Assembly: GCA_963822445.1 (NCBI GenBank)
Contig: CAWGHO010000002.1
Span: 1,472,001 to 1,536,000, forward strand
Direction of reading: 5' to 3'
DNA from: an uncultured Acidobacteriota bacterium
GTDB taxonomy: Bacteria; Acidobacteriota; Thermoanaerobaculia; Gp7-AA8
Length of the DNA: 64,000 bases
Of the stretch, positions 57,654 through 64,000 are shown in pieces. The translations under genes and the position numbers were made by a program. Position 1 is the first letter of the stretch; the number at the start of each line of letters is the position of its first letter. The notes under the pieces were generated by a model. It saw nothing but the letters and a program-made list of their open reading frames with translations. It ran no database searches and was not told the origin of the DNA.

Positions 57654-59131
57654 CGCGCGCGCTCTTCCTGCAGATGCTCGCGATTCCGCGCGTACAGATC
57701 GATGCCGAGTTGGGCGAGCCCGCCCGGAGTCGTGCGCAACATGTTCAGCGCCGTGACCTGCGGGAGCTTGCGTCGCGGCGGCAGCGGGTTGTACCACCCG
57801 CTCGACGCCAGAAACGCAGACCGCGCGCCGATCGCCTCCGGCAGATCGAACGTCAGATCGACGGCCTGCCCGTACTCGCTGAGCACGTGGTAGCGGCCGT
57901 CCTTCTCAGCCATCAGATCGTTCGTCGCGGCGATGACCGTCGTTTCCGGCGATTCATCGACGATGGTGGTCAGCGCCACCGATCCGATGCGCCAGAAGCC
58001 GAAGCCGCCGCTCATGCGAACCTGCAGCTCCTCGGCATCGCCGACCCCGATGGGCACCAGCATCGTGCGCAACGCGGCCATCCCCGGCGTCTGAACGACG
58101 GCCACCTGCGTCCATGCACCATCGCGGAGGATCTCGACGCGCAGATCGACACCTTCCCGCGCACGCCAGGCTTCGATCCCCGCGCGCTCGGCTTTGTTGG
58201 CCGCGTTCATGGTCGGGCCGAACGTGCTCCCGAGCATTTCGAAGCCCTGGTGGAACACGGCCGACATCCACAGCGTGTTTTCCGCGGTGATCTCGAGCGC
58301 ATTTCCCTGCGGCCGCTCGAAGGTGACGATCAGTCCTTCGCGAAGATCGCGGCGCCTGGCGAGGAACGCGCGATCGAGGTCGGATTGCCAGACCGCGTCG
58401 TCGATCGCCCGCACCCGGTCCATGACGTCATTCCCGTCGAGATCGACAGCTCGCGACGGCGCCTGCGTTCCTTCGACGAGCACCGCGCGACCATCATGAG
58501 TAGCCAGTGCGCGCTGCGATGGTCCGTGCTCGACGAGGATCACCTTCGCCGAGTCGGTGTACTGAATCTCGGGATTGCTGTTGGTCAGGCGGAGGGTCAA
58601 GGTCCGGCCGTCGACGGACGGAAGCGCCAGCAGGTCATCGCGCTGCACGGAACGGAAGATGGCACCGGGATAGGCCTCGCCGGCGAGGGTCTGCTGCGCG
58701 CCATCGATGACATGAACCGTCGGGCAGGAGCTGGAGGCGATGAGGAGCGCCATGAGCGCGACGCCGGCAACCGCCGCCCCGGCACTGAGGCCGCCGATCT
58801 TCCAGGGGCTGAGCTTGTACGTCTCGATCTTCGTCGCCTCATCGAGATTGAACCGGCGGAGATGGTGGAACTTCTCGACCGGATCGCTGGCAACCATGCC
58901 TTTGCTCTCGTCGATCTCCCCGATGATGTAGGGATACTCGAGCGTCCAGTTGGGCATGAGGATCACGTAGCCCTGCGCGTACGTGAGCCGGACGCGGTTC
59001 TCGCGGGCTTTGGCCTGATCGAGGCCGGCGCGATCGACGGGCGCTCCGCTGTAGCAGGCGAGGACGATCAGAACCGCCGGGAGAAGAAGTAGACAGCAAA
59101 CGACGGCACGACGGTAGCCACGTCCGAACAT
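57650..59131 (-). CDS. Hypothetical exported/lipoprotein with internal TM followed by an SSCP motif
   Basis: VLAC lipobox-like N-terminus, second hydrophobic segment, then SSCPTVH...GEAYPGAIFRSVQRDD, FLASSGWY. Confidence 0.7.
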   Translation of the reverse strand: MFGRGYRRAVVCCLLLLPAVLIVLACYSGAPVDRAGLDQAKARENRVRLTYAQGYVILMPNWTLEYPYIIGEIDESKGMVASDPVEKFHHLRRFNLDEATKIETYKLSPWKIGGLSAGAAVAGVALMALLIASSSCPTVHVIDGAQQTLAGEAYPGAIFRSVQRDDLLALPSVDGRTLTLRLTNSNPEIQYTDSAKVILVEHGPSQRALATHDGRAVLVEGTQAPSRAVDLDGNDVMDRVRAIDDAVWQSDLDRAFLARRRDLREGLIVTFERPQGNALEITAENTLWMSAVFHQGFEMLGSTFGPTMNAANKAERAGIEAWRAREGVDLRVEILRDGAWTQVAVVQTPGMAALRTMLVPIGVGDAEELQVRMSGGFGFWRIGSVALTTIVDESPETTVIAATNDLMAEKDGRYHVLSEYGQAVDLTFDLPEAIGARSAFLASSGWYNPLPPRRKLPQVTALNMLRTTPGGLAQLGIDLYARNREHLQEERAR

Positions 59132-59173
59132 CGCTCACCTCCGAATGCGCGGGAGACAGTATGGCAGGCGGTG

Positions 59174-59256
59174 CCGGCGGGACGCCGGCGCAACAGCCAC
59201 CGGGACGGTGGCGCTCCAAACCGGAGCGCTGGCGTCCCGCGGCCCGTGGCGCTCCA
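59174..59256. repeat. Cluster of REP-like palindromes (GCCGGCGGGACGCCGGCG / GGAGCGCTGGCGTCCC)
   Basis: Three to four degenerate copies in both orientations in a divergent intergenic region. Confidence 0.6.
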
Positions 59257-59341
59257 CTTACCGGTCTTCATCCTCCATTCACCGGCGCTCCGCAGACCTT
59301 CCGCCCGTCACGCCGTACCTTGCTCCCATCAGGAGGCTGTC

Positions 59342-59731
59342 ATGGACGAAACAACCCTCGACAACAAACCGCAGTTCTCATCGCAGAAGCTCGTATTCGG
59401 GCTGGTGCTGATCGCGATCGGCGTTCTGGCGTTCGTCGACGCCGTCGATCTCTGGAACCCGCGCGTGCTCTGGAGGCTCTGGCCAATCGTGCTGATCCTC
59501 ATCGGTCTTTCCAGCGAAGTCGATGCGCTTCGCGCGCGACGCAGCGACGGAGGCTCGATCCTCATCGGCATCGGCGTCTGGTTCCTCGCGGCGACGCACG
59601 ACCTGTTCGGACTCACCCATCGCACCGGATTCCCGCTGGCAGTCGTGATCGTCGGCCTCTTCATGACCCTGCACGCGATCGTCGACAAGCCGGCACCCCA
59701 GAAGAAGGAGAAGACCCATGAACCCTGCTGA
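59342..59731 (+). CDS. LiaF/LiaI-like (DUF5668) membrane protein
   Basis: AGGAGG RBS before ATG 59342; GLVLIAIG...LWPIVLILIG. Confidence 0.75.
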   Translation: MDETTLDNKPQFSSQKLVFGLVLIAIGVLAFVDAVDLWNPRVLWRLWPIVLILIGLSSEVDALRARRSDGGSILIGIGVWFLAATHDLFGLTHRTGFPLAVVIVGLFMTLHAIVDKPAPQKKEKTHEPC

Positions 59732-60428
59732 AGCCACCGCACCGAACTACATCTTCCGGAGCCTGACCAAGCTGCTGATCGGCCTGTCGGTCCTGAGCAT
59801 CGGTCTCCTCTGGACGCTCGACAACGTCGATCTCATCGAGTCCGAGTCGATCACGCAGTGGTGGCCGGTGGTGTTGATCGTGATCGGCATCGTCCGTCTT
59901 CTCGATCCCGCGGCGAACAAGGTCGGCTCTGTGGTCATCGCCCTCATCGGCGCCGGCCTGCTGTTGGACACGCTCGATTACTGGGACTTCGACCTCGGCG
60001 ACTTCTTCCCGCTGCTGATTGCCTTCATCGGCGTGAAGCTCGTCAGCGACGTCTTTCGCCGCAGGAACGCCCGCACCGCGGATGGCGGTGCGCCGGACGC
60101 GGTGGTGCATGCCTTCGCGTTCATGTCCGGAGTCGGACGGCGAAGCGTCTCGACCGATTTCCGCGGCGGCGACGCGAATGCAATCATGGGCGGGGTCGAG
60201 GTCGATCTCACGAACGCACAGATTCAACCGGGACAGGAAGTGGTCTTCGATACGTTCGCGATGATGGGCGGCATCGAGATCAAGGTTCCCGAGGGCTGGC
60301 GCGTGGTGAGCGAGGTCCTTCCGCTGATGGGCGCCTTCGAGGACAACACCGCGAACAAGACGGCCGGCACGTCCGTGCTGATCGTGCGCGGGGTCGCGCT
60401 GATGGGCGCCATCGAGGTCAAGAACTGA
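59718..60428 (+). CDS. LiaF-like protein (TM region plus DUF2154-like C-terminus)
   Basis: WWPVVLIVIG; FRGGDANAIMGGVEVDLT, MGGIEIKVPEGW, MGAIEVKN. Confidence 0.82.
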   Translation: MNPAEATAPNYIFRSLTKLLIGLSVLSIGLLWTLDNVDLIESESITQWWPVVLIVIGIVRLLDPAANKVGSVVIALIGAGLLLDTLDYWDFDLGDFFPLLIAFIGVKLVSDVFRRRNARTADGGAPDAVVHAFAFMSGVGRRSVSTDFRGGDANAIMGGVEVDLTNAQIQPGQEVVFDTFAMMGGIEIKVPEGWRVVSEVLPLMGAFEDNTANKTAGTSVLIVRGVALMGAIEVKN

Positions 60429-60431
60429 CCG

Positions 60432-61460
60432 ATGCATCCCCTGATCGGCGACACGAAGCGGCTCGCGCTCTACCTCCTGGCCTGGACGCTCCTCGGAGCC
60501 CTCCTGGCGCTGCTGGTGGTGGAGCCGGGCCGCGTTTCGTGGCAGGTCGCGTTGCTCCTGGCCATCCCGCCGACGGTGGTTTACGGGTTCGTTTGCCTGG
60601 CGGCGTGGTATCCGGCGCGCGCGCTTCCGCTGCGCGCCGCGCGGATCGCAACGACAGTGATCGCCCACTTCCTCGCCGCGGGGATGCTCGGCAGCATCTG
60701 GCTGGTGCTGGTGCAGACGTGGGCGCAGCTGCTGGATCGGTCCGAGGCGCTCATCTCGTATGCAACGACCTTCTTTGCGATCGGGACACTTCTCTATCTG
60801 CTGTCGACGCTCTTTCATTACCTGCTGATTGCTGCCGAGGAGTCGCGGCGGATCGAGAAGCGGGAGCTGGAGGTGAAGATGCTCGCGCGCGAGGCCGAGC
60901 TGAAGGCGCTCAAAGCGCAGCTCGATCCTCACTTTCTCTTCAACAGCCTGAATTCGATCAGTGCCTTGTGCGGATCGAATCCCGCGTCGGCGCGCACGCT
61001 GACGACTTTGCTCGCCGAATACCTGCGCAAGAGCCTGCGCATCGGCAGCGCGGAATCGATTACGTTGTCCGAAGAGCTGGAGCTGGCGTCGAGCTACCTC
61101 GCCGTCGAACGGATCCGCTTTGGCCCGCGGCTGGAGTTCGTGCAGAACGTCGACGAGCGCGTGCGCGGTTACCGCGTGCCGCCGTTGTTGCTGCAGCCTC
61201 TGGTCGAAAACGCGGTAACGCACGGAATCGGACAGTTGCTCGAGGGCGGTGTGGTGCAGATCGACGCGAGTCGCGATGACGATCGCGTGCACATCAGCGT
61301 GGAGAACCGCTGCGATCCCGATCGCCCGTCGCGGAGCGGAACGGGGATCGGTCTCGACAACACGCGCCGCCGGCTGCAGACGTTCTACGGAAACGGTGCG
61401 ACGCTCGATGTGACCGCGGAGCCGGAGCGGTTTCGCGTGGCCATTACACTGCCTGGGTAG
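60432..61460 (+). CDS. LytS/YehU-type sensor histidine kinase
   Basis: ELKALKAQLDPHFLFNSLNSI, LQPLVENAVTHG, GTGIGLDN. Confidence 0.92.
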   Translation: MHPLIGDTKRLALYLLAWTLLGALLALLVVEPGRVSWQVALLLAIPPTVVYGFVCLAAWYPARALPLRAARIATTVIAHFLAAGMLGSIWLVLVQTWAQLLDRSEALISYATTFFAIGTLLYLLSTLFHYLLIAAEESRRIEKRELEVKMLAREAELKALKAQLDPHFLFNSLNSISALCGSNPASARTLTTLLAEYLRKSLRIGSAESITLSEELELASSYLAVERIRFGPRLEFVQNVDERVRGYRVPPLLLQPLVENAVTHGIGQLLEGGVVQIDASRDDDRVHISVENRCDPDRPSRSGTGIGLDNTRRRLQTFYGNGATLDVTAEPERFRVAITLPG

Positions 61461-61476
61461 AACCCTCCGCTAAGCA

Positions 61477-62208
61477 ATGGAACCCATCAAAGTCCTCATC
61501 GTCGACGACGAGACGCACGCGCGGGAGATCCTGGTCGAGTATCTCGCCGAGTATCCGCAGTTCGCGATCGCCGGCGAATGCGCGAACGGGTACGAGGCGG
61601 TGAAGGCCGTCAGCGAGAAGCGTCCCGACCTGCTGTTTCTCGACATCCAGATGCCGAAACTGGACGGCTTCGAAGTGCTGGAGCTGCTGGACGCGAAGCC
61701 GAAGGTCGTCTTCGTCACGGCCTACGACGAATACGCGGTGCGCGCGTTCGAAGTGCATGCGATCGATTACCTGGTCAAGCCGTTCACCGCCGAGCGTTTC
61801 GCGACCGTCGTCGCGCGCGCGGAGCAGGCCGTTCGCGGCAGTGCCTCGCAGGCGATCGGTGATCTCAGCGCGTTCCGCAGGAAACCGCTGCAGCGCATCG
61901 CCTTCAAACAGGGCGGCTCGATCGAGGTCGTGCCGGTGCAGCGCATCGACTACATCGAAGCGCAGGATGATTACGTGCACGTCTTCGCCCGCGGCGAGAA
62001 GTACGTCAAGCAGCAGACCCTGACCGAGCTGGAACAGGTGCTCGACGGAACGCGCTTCGTGCGCGTGCACCGCGGCTACATCGTGAACCTGGAAAGCCTG
62101 GCGCGGGTCGAGCCATACGCGAAAGACTCGCGGGTGGTGGTGCTGAAGGACGGGAGCCGGATTCCGGTGAGCCGGGCGGGGTATGAAAGGTTGAAGGCGC
62201 TGTTATGA
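61477..62208 (+). CDS. LytTR-family response regulator
   Basis: IVDDE, FLDIQMP, DYLVKP, FVRVHRGYIVN, IPVSR. Confidence 0.94.
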   Translation: MEPIKVLIVDDETHAREILVEYLAEYPQFAIAGECANGYEAVKAVSEKRPDLLFLDIQMPKLDGFEVLELLDAKPKVVFVTAYDEYAVRAFEVHAIDYLVKPFTAERFATVVARAEQAVRGSASQAIGDLSAFRRKPLQRIAFKQGGSIEVVPVQRIDYIEAQDDYVHVFARGEKYVKQQTLTELEQVLDGTRFVRVHRGYIVNLESLARVEPYAKDSRVVVLKDGSRIPVSRAGYERLKALL

Positions 62209-64000
62209 CGCTGACGCGAATGCAGAATGCAGAATGCAGAATGCAGAAAGGGTCGCGCCCCTCGGCACGCTCTCTGTTCTTTTTCTGCATTCTGCATTCT
62301 GCATTCTGCATTCTGCTCACGCTCGGTTGCGCAAAGCCGCCCGAGACGGCTCAGCAGCCCACGGACATCATTCTCATCACCATCGACACCTGGCGTTGGG
62401 ACAGTGCGGGGTTTGCCGGGCATCCGCGCGTGAAGACGCCGTATCTCGACTCGCTCGCGAATCGCGGCGTGGTTTTCACCAATGCTCATGCGCACAACGT
62501 GGTCACGCTGCCTTCGCACGTGAACATGCTCACCGGGCTCAATCCCTACGAACACGGCGTGCGGGAGAACGCTGGATACGTCCTCGACGAAAAAGTGCAG
62601 ACGCTCGCCGAGCGGCTTGCCGCGGCCGGATACGCGACGGGCGCATTCGTAGCCGCGTTCCCGCTCGACAAGCGCTACGGCCTCGGCCAGGGCTTCGAGG
62701 TCTACGACGACAACTACGGCAAGGGCCGCGCGTCGCTCGATTTCACCGTTCAGGAGCGTCCCGCCGCGGCGGTGCTGCAGTCGGCCGCGAAATGGTGGGG
62801 CTCGGTCGCCGGACGAAAGCGATTTCTGTGGGTTCATCTGTACGAGCCTCACGCGCCGTACGCGCCGCCCGAGCCATTCGCTTCCGAGTATCGCGATCGG
62901 CCGTACCTCGGCGAGATCGCGGCTGTCGATCACGCGCTGGCGACGCATCTCGCGCCGGCGGTCGGCAAGGACGCGACGATCATCGTCACCGCCGATCACG
63001 GCGAAGCGCTCGGCGATCACGGCGAGTTGACTCACGGCCTCTTCGCGTACGAGGCGACGCTCAAGGTTCCGCTGATCGTCGTTGCTCCCGCCATCGCGCC
63101 GCGCAAAGAAAACGCGTACGTGCGTCACATCGACATCGCTCCGACCATTCTCGAGCGCGCCGGCTTTCCTGCCGATAAAGCGCTCCCGGGGCAATCGCTG
63201 TTGCAGCCGATCGCGAAAGCGGACACGTACTTCGAGGCGCTCTCCACCTCGCTGAATCGCGGATGGGCGCCGCTGACGGGGCTCATTCGCGACGATCGCA
63301 AGTTCATCGATCTTCCGATCGCCGAGCTCTACGACCTTCCGAACGATCCGTCGGAATCGCGCAATCTGTATCGCGATCTTCGTCGCGAGGCGACGGCGGC
63401 GCGGCAGGCGCTCGATCAGTTGAAGGTCGCGCCGGGTGCCAGCCGGAACATTTCCGCCGAGGAGACCGCGCGGCTGCGCAGTCTCGGGTATTTCACCGGT
63501 GGCGGCGGAGAAAAGCCGGGGGTGGCCGAGGATCCGAAGAACCTCGTGCATCTCGATTCGAAGATGCACCGGATCATCGAGCTCTATGAGCGCGGCGCGG
63601 TCGCCGAATCGGTTGCCGTCGCGCGTGAGGTGGTTCGCGAACGCCCGAAGATGGCCGCCGGTCGCGAGCTCCTCGCGTTCGTGTTGCAGCAGTCCGAGCG
63701 CGTGGGCGAAGCGATCGAAGTCTTGCGCGGACTTCAATCGTCCGCGTCAAAAGTGCAGCTGGCGCTGCTGCTCACCGAGACCGGAAACGCTGACGAAGCG
63801 ATCGCGATCATGGCGCCGCTCGTCGCGGCACAGCCTGACGCGGACGCGCTGAATGCCTACGGAATCGCACTTTCGCAGGCAGGCCGCAATCAGGAAGCGA
63901 TCCAGCAGTTCCAACGCGCGCTCGCCCTCGACCCGAACAATGCTCCGGCCCACCAGAACCTCGGCATCGCCGCCCTTCGCATGAACGACCTGCGAGGCGC
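62205..64000 (+). CDS. Sulfatase-like lipoprotein with C-terminal TPR repeats, 3'-truncated (absent from the ORF track)
   Basis: Manual translation from ATG 62205: ...ILLTLGC lipobox, IILITIDTWRWD, TLPSHVNMLTG, WVHLYEPHAPY, TADHGEALGDHGE, LRSLGY, then TPR-like NAYGIAL/HQNLG. Confidence 0.85.
   Translation, partial: MTLTRMQNAECRMQKGSRPSARSLFFFCILHSAFCILLTLGCAKPPETAQQPTDIILITIDTWRWDSAGFAGHPRVKTPYLDSLANRGVVFTNAHAHNVVTLPSHVNMLTGLNPYEHGVRENAGYVLDEKVQTLAERLAAAGYATGAFVAAFPLDKRYGLGQGFEVYDDNYGKGRASLDFTVQERPAAAVLQSAAKWWGSVAGRKRFLWVHLYEPHAPYAPPEPFASEYRDRPYLGEIAAVDHALATHLAPAVGKDATIIVTADHGEALGDHGELTHGLFAYEATLKVPLIVVAPAIAPRKENAYVRHIDIAPTILERAGFPADKALPGQSLLQPIAKADTYFEALSTSLNRGWAPLTGLIRDDRKFIDLPIAELYDLPNDPSESRNLYRDLRREATAARQALDQLKVAPGASRNISAEETARLRSLGYFTGGGGEKPGVAEDPKNLVHLDSKMHRIIELYERGAVAESVAVAREVVRERPKMAAGRELLAFVLQQSERVGEAIEVLRGLQSSASKVQLALLLTETGNADEAIAIMAPLVAAQPDADALNAYGIALSQAGRNQEAIQQFQRALALDPNNAPAHQNLGIAALRMNDLRG
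62218..62315. repeat. Inverted arrays of 7-mer repeats (GAATGCA x4 / TGCATTC x4)
   Basis: Directly visible; lies in frame inside the 5' end of the sulfatase-like CDS. Confidence 0.85.

Noticed and set aside
62076-63737. 553-aa minus-strand ORF
   Set aside because: Antisense shadow of the plus-strand sulfatase-TPR gene, which the track omits because it has no stop within the window.

Overview
A high-GC (roughly 65-68% by eye), gene-dense bacterial chromosomal window with about 56 CDS. I found no rRNA, tRNA, CRISPR array, transposase or integrase. Gene style (sulfatase/phosphodiesterase-TPR fusions, Hanks kinases with TolB-like propellers, PDZ-GAF-PP2C sensors) suggests Acidobacteriota, possibly Thermoanaerobaculia; this is inference. 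Housekeeping genes include gltX, fabI, eno, lepB, folE, an acyl-CoA dehydrogenase and bfr/bfd. Main observations: (1) A six-gene Fur - FTR1 - ApbE - porin - FMN-binding protein - His-rich membrane protein operon that looks like a flavinylation-based reductive iron-uptake system. (2) An identical 20-bp sequence with a perfect 7-1-7 palindrome (TGAGACT-N-AGTCTCA) upstream of both that operon and bfd-bfr 46 kb away, a candidate non-canonical Fur box. (3) One 2428-aa ORF fusing an inner-membrane-anchored TamB-like protein to about 7 POTRA domains and an Omp85 barrel. (4) A 3.7-kb DUF4331/PAS-LuxR cassette separating wzm from wzt, whose overlapping divergent promoters match the motif upstream of the ECF sigma gene at 9466. 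(5) Many intergenic hairpins built from 7-8-mer tandem repeats, one of which is in frame and encodes the apparent lipoprotein signal peptide of the last gene. All family assignments are by eye from motifs; no database searches were run.
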